A DNA stretch of 63,889 nucleotides, the filler included, from Welwitschia mirabilis (taxonomy: Eukaryota): assembly GCA_051453625.1 (NCBI GenBank). It is 6 parts of one record of this genome, joined end to end, with 100 filler letters (N's around TTAATTAATTAA, not from the genome) between each part and the next. Parts side by side here need not be neighbours in the genome. Positions count along the whole stretch, not along the records: positions 30,726 to 52,949 come from JBOZIK010000001.1; positions 53,050 to 56,653 come from JBOZIK010000001.1; 4 more parts are not named here. One strand, given 5' to 3'. A program made the position numbers and the translations under genes. The first letter of the stretch is position 1, and each line of letters starts with the position of its first letter. Under the pieces are notes generated by a model. It was not told the DNA's origin and did no database searches. It saw only the letters and a program-made list of their open reading frames with translations. This document shows positions 41,297 to 53,339 of the stretch, in pieces.

Positions 41297-42660
41297 CATC
41301 ACACTACTAACTATATAGTCCAATCTCATTATATAGTTAAGAAGTAGGTACCTAAGTATTCTTTGAGGTAGAAGGTGAAATCATACTTACAAGTGATGTT
41401 ACACTGCTCACTAGGTAGCTCAATCTCATCATAGAATTAAGTAATAGGAATATATAAAGTCTTTATGATAGAATATGGAATCAGACTTATAATAAAGTGT
41501 AATACTACTAACTAGAAAGCTTAATTTTATCATAAAATCAAGAAGTAAGAACATACATAGTTTTCAAGATACAAGAAGAAATTAGACTCATAAGGGGATG
41601 TCATACTACTAATGTGGTATCATGATGATGATGTCATACTTATATCATGAGTCCATTGGATTGAATAAAGGTTCAAACTCATAAGAAAATGCCACACTAC
41701 TAATGTAGTATCCTGACAATGATGTAATGCTAACATTGATAGTTCACAAGATCTAAGAGGGTTTTTAGACACATAAGAAAGCATGATACTATGAATGTGA
41801 TAACTTGATGATGATGTTATATTGATATCAATATTCCATAGTATTAAATAGTACTTTAGACTTACAAGAAACTGTCACACTAGTTTAATAATTATGATAT
41901 ATTGATATCAATAGTTCATAAGGGCTAACAATGATTGAAACTCACAAGGAAGCATCACAATGCTGATGTGATAGCCCAAACATGATGTCATGTTAACATT
42001 AATAGTTAAGAATATCTAATAGTGATTTAGATTCATAAGGGGCTAACACACTACTTATTGAAAGTCTAATAATGATGTCATGCTAACATTAGTAATTCAT
42101 AAAACCTAATAGTACTTCACATTCATAAGAAAGTACCAAAGTATTAATGTCATAATTAACAATGATGTCATGCTAATATTAGAAGTATATAGTGCCTAAT
42201 CATGTTTCGCATTCATAAGGCATCAATAAACTACTAATGTAATAGGATGTAATAGCCTAAAGATAATGTCATGATGATACTAGTAGTCACAGAGAACTAA
42301 TAGTAAAATAAACTTGCAAGGAGGCATCATACTATTTACCAGATAACTCAAACTTAATCACAGTTCATCCATTATAGGTATAATAGTAAAGTAATCTATT
42401 ACATTTATAAAGTAGCATCTCACTATTTACTACGACTTCCAACTTAATGATAGTCCATCCATCATAATCATAATATCAAAATAATTTATCATATTTATAA
42501 GGACATAATATACTATTTACTGAACACCTCAAAATTAATGACTATCCATCCATAATAGCCATGATAACATAACACTCTGATAAAATCATACGGATTGCTA
42601 CACTATTTAACATATGCATCAAATTAAATAATAGATGATTCATAGAAGTTACAATAATGA
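41297..42660 (+). repeat. Composite degenerate tandem array: ~3 x 100 bp, ~8 x 90 bp, ~4 x 90 bp
   Basis: Unit starts at ~41297/41396/41497; YTCAYAAG starts at 41587, 41678, 41770, 41861, 41941, 42032, 42122, 42212, 42313; YACTATTTA at ~42330, 42421, 42511, 42601. Confidence 0.85.
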
Positions 42661-43399
42661 AAAAAATCTACATCTTGTCATGGGATCCACTAACACTTAG
42701 CTCAAGACTAAGATAAGTAGCTATAAAATTAAGAATATTGAGGAATTTCATTATATTCATCAAAATAATTATTAAATTAAATATGTGATATAAATGAAAT
42801 GGTTAAGTAGTTTTAACTTCTAATAAAGTTATTATAATAATGATATTTATGATGAATTGTCTTGTCTATAAAACATGGAATTTAAAAAATAATGAGAAAC
42901 ATATAACTCCTCAACCATGCATACATTAATGAATAATGAAACATTTCCAAAATAATTACATCTATTCTCTTAAATAGTAAATTAACAAAGTTGGTAAATG
43001 ATAAGTTAGATTTGATATTTAGAGCTCTAGATGCAAGACCATGGCAATAATCATTCAAAGAACCTTAATCCGACATGCGCTAATTTCTACAAGTAGAACA
43101 TGAGAATATTTATTATTTGGAAAATAACTCTTTACACTCCTCTGAATAACTAAGAGAAGAATAAGTACATAGTTAAGTACAATAATACCCCATGCGTAAC
43201 TCACCTCCACATGACATCATTAAAGATCAAGACATGTAAGAGTATGTAACAATGGTATAAATTCAAATGTACTTAAGCATCCTAGGATTATATGAAGAAG
43301 TACTATAAAATTTATCATACATTAAGAACCATTTTAAATTAAAAAACATAAACAATAATTCATGAATTCTATATGCCACCATGTTCCTCATAGGAAATT

Positions 43400-46165
43400 C
43401 TATAATTTAGTGGAGTTAACTAAGTGCAATGAGAAATGATTAGGTTAATGGAATTTAGAAATGAATTCAAAAAGGTTCTTATCATTACTATTTTCTTAAA
43501 GATTAAAAAAATAGTTTAAATATTTACAATTTGGGAAAAAAGGCCTTAATAACACTAGAAAGAATTTTAGAAGCCAGTCAGCTTCTAAATTTAGCGGGAC
43601 TCCTAAGAACTTGTCAATGACTTTACTAGTTGAAAATTTGGTATATCCTATAGAACCTAAATCTCCACAATAAGCATATGATAAGATCAAATACTACATG
43701 GATATCAAATAAATGATTTTAGTAATAGCTCAGATAATATAAGCTATTACTTCATAGTCAAAAAATTCAAACTCTCCATCCTAAGAAGATCCTTGTAATC
43801 AGTAGGTACCAATATTTTACTAGTATAAAAGGAAAGATCTAATCATTAAGATCTATTTTAAGAAAAAGGAAGATGAAAATTTCAGTTAATTAACTACAAC
43901 AAAAGGATAATCATAAGCATGATGAAGGTTATTCATCATAGTCTAAATAGGTTTTGTATGAAACCAATCCTTTATAATTAAACTTAAAATATTTTTACAA
44001 ATTTTCCTATTATATTTCGCATTGATTATGATGATAGTAATGATTTTATTTATTCAAATATTTTAAATCAGTTTAAAGCTAAAATTATAAATGAATCAAC
44101 TTCTAGAGAAGAATTCATAGAACCAAAAATAATCATGTAATCAATTCACTATGCATAGTTAGATTTTTTTTAAATTAATAGTTTACTTTTTATCAATAAA
44201 TTTTTTATTTTTAATATTCAAAAATACAAGGCAATTATAGGAATCTTCTTTCTATGAAATTATCATGTCAAAGCATCTTTTAAAAAATATATCATACTTG
44301 GTCCTACTTTGTCTAGAAAAAAAATTCTAAAAGGAGAAGAAAGCATGAGATATGTACTATTTATAATAGATAAAGAAATGAAGAAAGCCTTTAAGGTAAA
44401 CCAGTTATTCTATGCGATAGTGATAAACAAAGTAAACGTATAGCTGTGTAGTGATTTATATGATTTTTAAGAAGTATTTAATGATGAAGTTGATTTACCA
44501 TTAAAAAGTAAGATAGAGCACATAATTGATTTTATAGCTAGAGCATAGCTGATCTCTCAAGTAGTATATTGATTTTAATCATTGAAATCAAAAAGATAAT
44601 ATTAAAAATTTAATATATTATAAATGAAGGAAAAATTAGTCCTAGTGTATTAGCTTTAAGAGCACTAGTTTTATTTGTAAAAAATAAAGATGGATAACTA
44701 ATGCCTTGCATTAATTATAACTAGTTACACAAGGTTATAATAAAGAATAAATATTTGTTACAATGAAGAAATGATATTTTTGATAATTGCAATGACCAAA
44801 TTATTTTACCAAGATTAACTTAAAGTTAAGTTTCCATCAAATCTACATCAAATAAGATAATGTTTCAAAGACATCTTTTTAGGCCAGATAAGGCCATTTT
44901 CAATTTATAATTGTTCCTTTTGGTCTGACAAATGTCCTTCTACATTCATGACATTATTGAATAAACATATTTCATCCTTATTTAGATTAGTTTATTATTG
45001 TTTTCATAGATCATATTTTAACTTACTCAAAAACTAGAAAATAATACATTAAACATCTAAGATTAGTTTTATAATTACATAAAGAAAATGTTTTGATAGC
45101 AAATCATAGCAAATGTAAATTCTTTAAGAATTCAATACCCTATTTGGAATATGTCATACCTAAAGAAGGTTTAAAAACTAATTCTAATAAAGTACAAGCA
45201 CTCATAGAATGGAATTAGTTAAAAACACTTACTAAAGTAAAAGGCTCTCTTAATCTCATAAGATTTTATAAGCACTTTATCCAAGATTTCTGAAAAATTA
45301 CAAGTCTAATGGCAAATATAATTAACAATGAAGTTATAATTTATTTTAATAATAGGTGTAATGAAACATTTTTATGGATCAAACTCCTACCAATTATAGC
45401 ATCAATTTTAAAAATTCTAGAAATAGATAGATAATTCTTTGTAGTCTCAAATGCTTATGAAAAAGAAATAGTCATAATCTTAATGCAAGAAGGAAGCATA
45501 ATTGCTTATGAATCATGCAAGTTAAAAAAAACATGAATAAAACTATCTAGTATATGATTTAGAATTTCTTACCATAATTCATGCATTGAGAGCATAGAGA
45601 CATTACTTTTGGTAGGTAAATTTCAAATAAAGACTAATCATAAAAGTTTAAAATTTCTGTAGAAATAACCTACTCTCAATATAAGATAATGAAGATGAGT
45701 GGAATTATTTGTAGAATGTTATTTTAATTTTAAATTCACACTTCAAAAAGAAAATAAAGTTGTAAGTGATTTTAATCACATCTAGTACATGATGATCTAT
45801 ATGATAAATCCTTAAATGGTAAAACCAATCAAAGAACAAATGACATGAGATGAGATGTTCAAAGAAATTTAGTTAAAACTTGTTAATAATTAAAAAAATT
45901 ATCATTTTTATTTAACTACTAATAGAATTTTGATGAAATGAAATAAAGTTTATATTCTCATGAGGCCATGCCATCCTTGAGGAATCATATAAATTTCTTA
46001 TGTAAGTCATCCAAGCTTTCAAAAAATATACATCAGTTAAGACACTCGCATTATTAGCAAAGAATGAAGTCATAGGTTGAAGAGTTTATTAAAGGATGCC
46101 TAATATGCCAAAGAATTAATTTACAATACCAAAAATCAATTGGGATTCTAGAGCTATTAAGAGTA
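43400..46165 (+). mobile_element. Tekay/Del-like chromovirus gypsy relic (weak gag, RT, RNase H, integrase zinc finger), cut by an LTR at 46166
   Basis: DLPLKSKIEHIIDF, VLFVKNKDG, KVIIKNKY, VPFGLTN, FIDHILTYSK, IAYESCKLK, YDLEFLTIIHAL, HPSFQKIY...CLICQ, GILELLRV (cf. GLLQPL). Sequence before ~44450 is weakly supported. Confidence 0.85.
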
Positions 46166-47771
46166 TGTTATGATGCATATTTTTGCAATCCTTTATACCT
46201 CACTAAATTCTATTAATTAATATATATATATATATATATATATATTACAAAATATAACACACTAGTNNNNNNNNNNNNNNNNNNNNNNNNNNNNNNNNNN
46301 NNNNNNNNNNNNNNNNNNNNNNNNNNNNNNNNNNNNNNNNNNNNNNNNNNNNNNNNNNNNNNNNNNNNNNNNNNNNNNNNNNNNNNNNNNNNNNNNNNNN
46401 NNNNNNNNNNNNNNNNNNNNNNNNNNNNNNNNNNNNNNNNNNNNNNNNNNNNNNNNNNNNNNNNNNNNNNNNNNNNNNNNNNNNNNNNNNNNNNNNNNNN
46501 NNNNNNNNNNNNNNNNNNNNNNNNNNNNNNNNNNNNNNNNNNNNNNNNNNNNNNNNNNNNNNNNNNNNNNNNNNNNNNNNNNNNNNNNNNNNNNNNNNNN
46601 NNNNNNNNNNNNNNNNNNNNNNNNNNNNNNNNNNNNNNNNNNNNNNNNNNNNNNNNNNNNTATATATATATATATATATATATTACAAAATATAACACAC
46701 TAGTATATATGGGAGTGATTCAAATGTCATAAACACATTGAAGGCATGCAAGAGAAGAAGGGGAATTGATTTTTAAGAAGAATGTATCCAAAAACTTAGG
46801 ATCAATGTAGCGAAATAAATATGCAAGGTAATGCAAATGTAATTTAACCTTGATGAACAACTATTTAATTAGTATAAACTTATCAAGAAGATTATCCTTA
46901 TATAACCTAAATCAGCTAGGGAGACTATTACTAACCAAGACTCACTTAGGCTATTAATGATTTGAATAAATATAATGCAAAATAATTCTAAACTAATCTT
47001 CTCAACCTTAACAAATGTTACCCTTAAGATGTATATCTCTAATGATATTGTCACTGAATTAATAACAACATAAACTATAAGGAAAATTAAATGTATAAAT
47101 TCAAAAAAGAAACAAAGTTTTATATTATAAATCAAACTAGCATCTAGATTACAAAATTGCCATAGCTCAATGGAGTATGCATAGACTAACACCAAGGAAA
47201 CATCTTTCTGCAACTCACAAGACGGTTCTTCTACCATTCAATAAAAATGTCACTAAAAATGTGCTAAAAATGTACTTTAATCTAAGAAAGAAATGGATGA
47301 AATGGATGAAAGTAAACTAGTTCTTTCAAGTATCATCCTGACTCTCATGGAGATGACCAAGAGTACAATCATACATGTGTTATGATTTTTCATCCTTTAT
47401 GTCATGGGGATGACATGGGAGATGACACCCTTAGAAAAGAGGTCTCCATTAGTTCTAGCTCTAGTCCATGCTAGCATTTGATTTGGCATGTATAGGGTTG
47501 TCATCCTACCTACCATGGGGACGATAGTGGGAATGATAGTCTTCCTTGTCTTTCTAACTCAAGGTAATTTAACTCTAGCATATTGATCTTCATTCAAAGT
47601 ATTGAGCATCAAAAAGTATCTAAAATACCTTTAAATATGTCAATAATTACATATTTTAGTGATCATTTATCAACTCTTTACAATCCTCAGAATTGCATCT
47701 AAACCTATATAAATGTCATGCAAAATATCTCATAACACCTCATTAAATACATATAATTTGACAGTGCATCA
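46166..47771 (-). repeat. 3' LTR of family B (contains a (TA)n run and a gap)
   Basis: Minus-strand termini TGATGCAC...CATCATAACA; homologous to 11166-12417. Confidence 0.85.
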
Positions 47772-49495
47772 TAGCCCTTCACTTAGCCTTTATTAGTCCC
47801 TAAAAAAACTAGATGAACAACTACAATTACAAGCCAAATTATCCTTAAAAAGTCAATTTAAAAATTATAAAATAGGCTCATAAATAATCTTAAATGTATC
47901 ACATAGAAAAATAGCATGTAACGCATCATGTGTATGGAGTGAAAATTGCAAAATTTATGTCTTATGAAAGCTCTAAAATAACCCAAAAAATTATGAAAAT
48001 AAGTCCTACCCTCCCTCAAGAAAAATAGTACATCCTATATTGGCTAATGAAGTAAGGAAATCTAATGAAAATAAGTATGTCTAAATGAGAAGGCAGACAA
48101 TGGGTGATTTTGAATTTTGATAGTTTATAATTTGAGTGCAAAGCTGAGTGAAGAAACATTGGATTAAAAATAAAGATTTATAGAAGATTCTAATAAATAT
48201 GACAATGTATTAATTGGAATGAAGTAGATCCATGAGTATCCAACAAATGTGATTTCTCAAAAATGATAATTAACAATGTTAAGAACTCCAAAAAAACTAA
48301 AAATAAATATTACAATCATGTATAGAAACTTATTTAATCAATAAAATAACTATTTATTGAAAACTATGCTAGGCAATCATTAAATGTTAAGGTTATAACA
48401 TGACAAGAAAACATAGAAATGACTTTAAAATAACTAATTAAACAATGAAAGAAAACATAAGGCATGGACATAAGAAACATAAAAAAGATGGCATGGAAGA
48501 AATCATAACATCACTTAATTGAGAATGCACGACTAAATGTATAAATATATAAAATTCCATTCGATAAGGTAGTGGTTATGACAATGCTAAGAATTAAATG
48601 CTTTGAATAATAAAATATAAGATCAAAGGATTACTCAAAATTAAACTCATCTGCTCACATCTCAAAATAAATACCTGAACCCTTAACAATAAAATGATCA
48701 TGTAAAAAGACTAAGAGTCTAGGGGAAAAAAGACTCTGATAATAGTAAGAATACCATTAATCTCATAGTCTTAAATTTTTTATTATTTTATTATCCATGA
48801 TGAGGTGAGTGCAACCATAATCAAAGAAGTAAGGACCCATGAAGCATGTCCAACTAACCTCCTAGTGAAGTTCCCATAGCTACCATATTATACTACCAAA
48901 GGCTCCACTTGGAAACATTTGCCTTAATGTACGTGAAATAGGATATCATGGTTTTCTCTTTTTTTCCATAAAAGAGAAAATCCACATAATAAAATACATT
49001 TAAAGACAAAGTTAAAGTAATAAGATAACATATAGAAAAAATACCCTTAAATAATCTAAGANNNNNNNNNNNNNNNNNNNNNNNNNNNNNNNNNNNNNNN
49101 NNNNNNNNNNNNNNNNNNNNNNNNNNNNNNNNNNNNNNNNNNNNNNNNNNNNNNNNNNNNNNNNNNNNNNNNNNNNNNNNNNNNNNNNNNNNNNNNNNNN
49201 NNNNNNNNNNNNNCAATCATGTTTGAAAGATAATGAAGTGATGTCATAATTATCTTCAAAGAAATGAGCTAAGAGAAAATTTAAACAATGGTAGGGAATA
49301 AGCTCTGCTCATCGAGGAGAACCTATAAGGCTAGTTATTCTATCATGTTTATATCAAAAAGTTACTTATATATTTTCAGCTTTTATCTATTAACTTTTTG
49401 AATTTCTTTAGTAGTTAAGTCAAAAATATCAATAAAGCCATTAGACTATACTTTCTTAATAAGGTAAATACCTAACCATTTTAAAATTAATTTAT
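46166..49495 (-). mobile_element. 3' part of a family B Athila-like element: integrase C-terminus, 3' UTR, PPT, 3' LTR
   Basis: 49365-49495 reverse complement matches 18360-18490; 48500-48960 matches 18800-19296; PPT-like TTTAGGGACTAATAAAGGCTAAGTGAAGGGCTA at 47772-47805. Confidence 0.85.
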
Positions 49496-50049
49496 TTCTT
49501 AAAATAAAAGTTAAAATTATAAAAATATAAGAGAAAAAAGAAAACATCAAAGTAAACTAAAATCAAGTTTTATTTAAATCCTAAAATCTATTCAACACTT
49601 TTATTAAAAAGAAAGAAAAAGAAATATCCATTGCTAAAGCTATGGTCTTAAGATATTACATTCTTTCAGAAAAATAAGAACCAAGCCAAATGTTTACTAA
49701 TTAATAAAACATAAAAGGTATATAATCAGTTTTGAATAAAATTAATTAGATAAAGATAGAGTAAAATGATAAAACTTAGATAGCACAAATTTTAGAATTC
49801 AAATGAGAGATAAAGAAGTGATAAATCTTATTGAAAAATAATCCCTTATTGAAACAACATAAATCATGAATATCATCATATAATGCATGTAAGAAGAATA
49901 CTCAAATAAAATAACCAAGATGATTTTGAGGGCTCTTTAGAATGTCTAGTAAGATTAAGAAACTTTCTATGATGCAATTCAATATATGGATTTTACTTTA
50001 GAAAATGAGACTTTTTCCAATTAGCATAATCACATGACATTTTTTCTCC

Positions 50050-51782
50050 ATAACATTTAATAACAATATAAGAAAATTAAAAATTCTTAAAAATTTTATG
50101 CTTGATACCCTTTCTCATTTAAAACCTCATAAGCATTTCCACCTATATAATCATCGCCTTAAGCATTTTTAGGTAGGAAATCCTTAATACCATCCACATC
50201 ATTAAATAAGGCATAAGTACATTAACACCACTTCCCATCCCTTTTATTTCCATTCTAGCTCCTTAACTCCATTGATCATCTTCCCTTTCCATCAATCCAT
50301 GAATCCATTAGATTAGATGAGCATTGTTGATGGCCTTAAGTAAATAAATCATTAATAAGTGATTTCTTTAGTCTTAAAAATTAGGTAGAATTTAAGTTTA
50401 CTTATAGTTTTTTGAGAAGAAGATTTGCCTATTTTTGAGTTAACTTGTTAAAGTTTATTTTTACTTAAGGTCTTAAAATGGGAAAAAATGGTTGAATTAA
50501 GGTAGAATCTACTTTCACATCAATTAGGCTAATAAGCTAATGACCCCTTATATGCATAAAAATGTATTGAATATGAGAAGAATGATTAATAAATTAAAAA
50601 TAAAAACATCATCTCATCAAAAGCATATTATTTTATGATTAATTAAAATTGGATTTAGTTAACTGCATCAGGGCTATAGATGCTCATAGGCAGTGTAGCT
50701 TTAATGATTTAACTTATGACATGTTCAACTACACTAGGGCTATAAATACTCACTCGCAATATAGCATTGACTCCTTCATAAATCAACATGTATAACTTTG
50801 TTGAAAGGAGATGTCATAACATTGAATTCCTAGTTAGAATAAAATATTTAAAACATGGCATAAATCATGATTGTAGAAAAGGTAAATTAAAATAAAAAAG
50901 GTGGAATTAGGAGGTCATTTTTGTGATTACTTTTCCTTAACATGTCTACTTCAGAATTTGCTTAACTAATTTTTGATGAGTTGTAGGTTTACTTAGATGA
51001 TATCATATCTTTTTTACTAGTGTAACACATTTAAATTTAAAATAAAATTTAAAATATGGCCATTAATCTAGGTAATCTATCTTTTGAATTTGTAGATAAT
51101 GAATTTTCATTAGAATGCATGTTATGTGTTTATTAAAAATTGCATTTTAGTTTAAGCCTTACCTGTATGGTTTTTCCTAAATACATTTATTATCATATAT
51201 TACTAGCCTAAGTAAATTGTTTTCTAAATCCTTACATAAATTTTCTTTCTTTATACTTTAAAGATAAATTTTAATTTTGGTTAGTGGATATGACATCTCG
51301 TTTACAAAATTGTTTTTAATTTTGATGCTTAATTATTAAAAGTTAATAAAAAATTTTCACAAATGTCATATAATTTTCTTACTTGCCATTTTTCACTTAG
51401 TCAGTTTCTTGATGCTTCACCATTTCTTCATCATCTTTTTACTAAGGATCTAATAAAATATTGATTATAGTTTATGTTTGCATATCAAAATTGATGTTTT
51501 AAATAAATATAATTAATCAATTTAGCTTAAAAATAATTAATTTATTAGTTTATCATAAAATGATGTCTTCCATTATTTTTAAAATAAAATTTAGTATTAT
51601 GATTTTCTTCATAATAATGTAGGTCTTTAGCCATGTTTGACAACTCATGGTAGAAGATAAACATAATTCCACATAAAATAACAGTAGTAATGAAGAAATG
51701 AGGTGGTGACACATATCTATAGCATTTGAATACATGTGGCAGAGGTAAAAAAGGTTGTAGTAGAGACATGTGATAATAGCAT
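50050..51782 (+). mobile_element. Second copy of the family A interior, PPT and start of the 3' LTR (from 51475)
   Basis: Colinear with ~36650-38200 (e.g. TTTAGGTAGGAAATC, GGTTGAATTAAG, GACATGTTCAACTA, GAAAAGGTAAATT). Confidence 0.85.
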
Positions 51783-52139
51783 TATTGCAACATCAATTTG
51801 TAGAAATTTGATGGTGTATTTTAAGTGATTTTGTAGGGCATTTTTATAGGTTTGAATATAATACTGATGATTATAGAGATCTAATAGAATAATCATTAAA
51901 AAATGTGATTCTTAGCATATTTGAAGATTCCTCTAGCTTATTCTAATACTACATACTTGGAATAAGGATTCATCATGCAAAAGACTAAATTACCTTTGAG
52001 ATTGAATATGAGGAAGCTCATCGTCATCTTTGTCATTTCCATAATAGAAAGGATGATAGTACTACTAAGATGGACAAAATCTAAAGGGTTGAAAGTGAGG
52101 CATGAAGCTAATGAAGTACCTTTTGATATAGTGTGACAT
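51783..52139 (+). repeat. 5' part of a family B LTR inserted in the family A LTR
   Basis: TATTGCAACATCAATTTG resembles TGTTGCGATGCCAATTTG; colinear with the reverse complement of 30726-30997. Confidence 0.7.
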
Positions 52140-53339
52140 TGTTACGATGCCAACTTAAGTGTATTTGATAGGGTATTTTAAATTGTTTTGTAGATAAACT
52201 AACAGATAAATGCCTAGTTTCTATAACAATTGAGAATCCAGGAACACAAGACGAAAACATGAAGTTTATCAAGATAATTCAAGAGGATTTCATATAAATA
52301 TGGATAAATTATATTTTCAGATGATTATTCCTACAAACAACCAGATATCACACTGACAAAGGATAAATAGAAGACTGTCGTCCCCTATGTCATTCAGACG
52401 ACAGTCAGGACAACAACCCTAATTGGACATATGACAAACTTATTTTTAGATGACTTGCAATTGAACTGAACATTTTTTCACTGGACTCCATCATCCACAT
52501 CATCATCCAGACGACAAAAGTAGACGACATCTTCAGAACCAATTGACAGGACTTCACATGCAGATCACAGGTAGTTAAACTGGAAGACAAATAGATAACT
52601 CATTATAAAACCCTGTCATCTCCTCCATCGTCCGGACGACCACATGGAAGACACTGTCCTCTTATACTTTTACAGATTGTATTCCCAAGTTGTCGCCTGT
52701 TCTTTGTGACTTTCCCTTACATGATAGCTAGAATTTCTCTTATGCTTTTCTGTTAGTCCCTTTTCCCTTTTTGTCTATAAATAAAGGTCACCCCTCGATC
52801 TCTAATCATCTCCGGCAGTACCTGATATTCTTGTAATAGAAGACTTGGGACCGAAGAACCCTCTTGTAATCAAGAGAGATGTTACCTTGGTATTGGGTGG
52901 CGTATCCTCCATTGAGGAACGACTACTTTTTGATACAGATCTCCTTTTTNNNNNNNNNNNNNNNNNNNNNNNNNNNNNNNNNNNNNNNNNNNNTTAATTA
53001 ATTAANNNNNNNNNNNNNNNNNNNNNNNNNNNNNNNNNNNNNNNNNNNNATAGAAGGATTAGGATCTAAGTAGAATCTCATTTCCATTTCCATTCATTTG
53101 CATTGCATCTTCATTTATCTTGCATTACATTTACTTTAGTATTTTCTTTCAGTTAAGTAAAAGATAAAATACCAAAGCTACCTTTGGAAATCAATTCTCT
53201 AACTCTGATCCTAGTGCCTTCATTGGGATTACGACGTTCGAGTGAACTCCTATCTATACTAGCGTGTGTATTTTTGCAAGTTATATGATTTATAAGTTTA
53301 CCTAAGAACTTCAAGATTGCATAAATTCACATCGCAACA
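52140..53339 (+). repeat. Family B-related LTR with better CpG retention, split by a scaffold linker
   Basis: Starts TGTTACGATG and ends CATCGCAACA (9/10 inverted match); TATAAATA at ~52776. No matching TSD, so the two halves may come from different copies. Confidence 0.75.
52950..53049. other. Artificial scaffold linker N44-TTAATTAATTAA-N44
   Basis: Same 100-bp block. Confidence 0.95.

Noticed and set aside
41297..42660. CRISPR-like repeat-spacer pattern
   Set aside because: The spacers are homologous to each other, the core is degenerate, there are no cas genes and the context is plant TE.
43253..43264. TGGTATAAATTC as the PBS of the Tekay-like element
   Set aside because: Only a partial match to TGGTATCAGAGC and no second LTR to confirm it.
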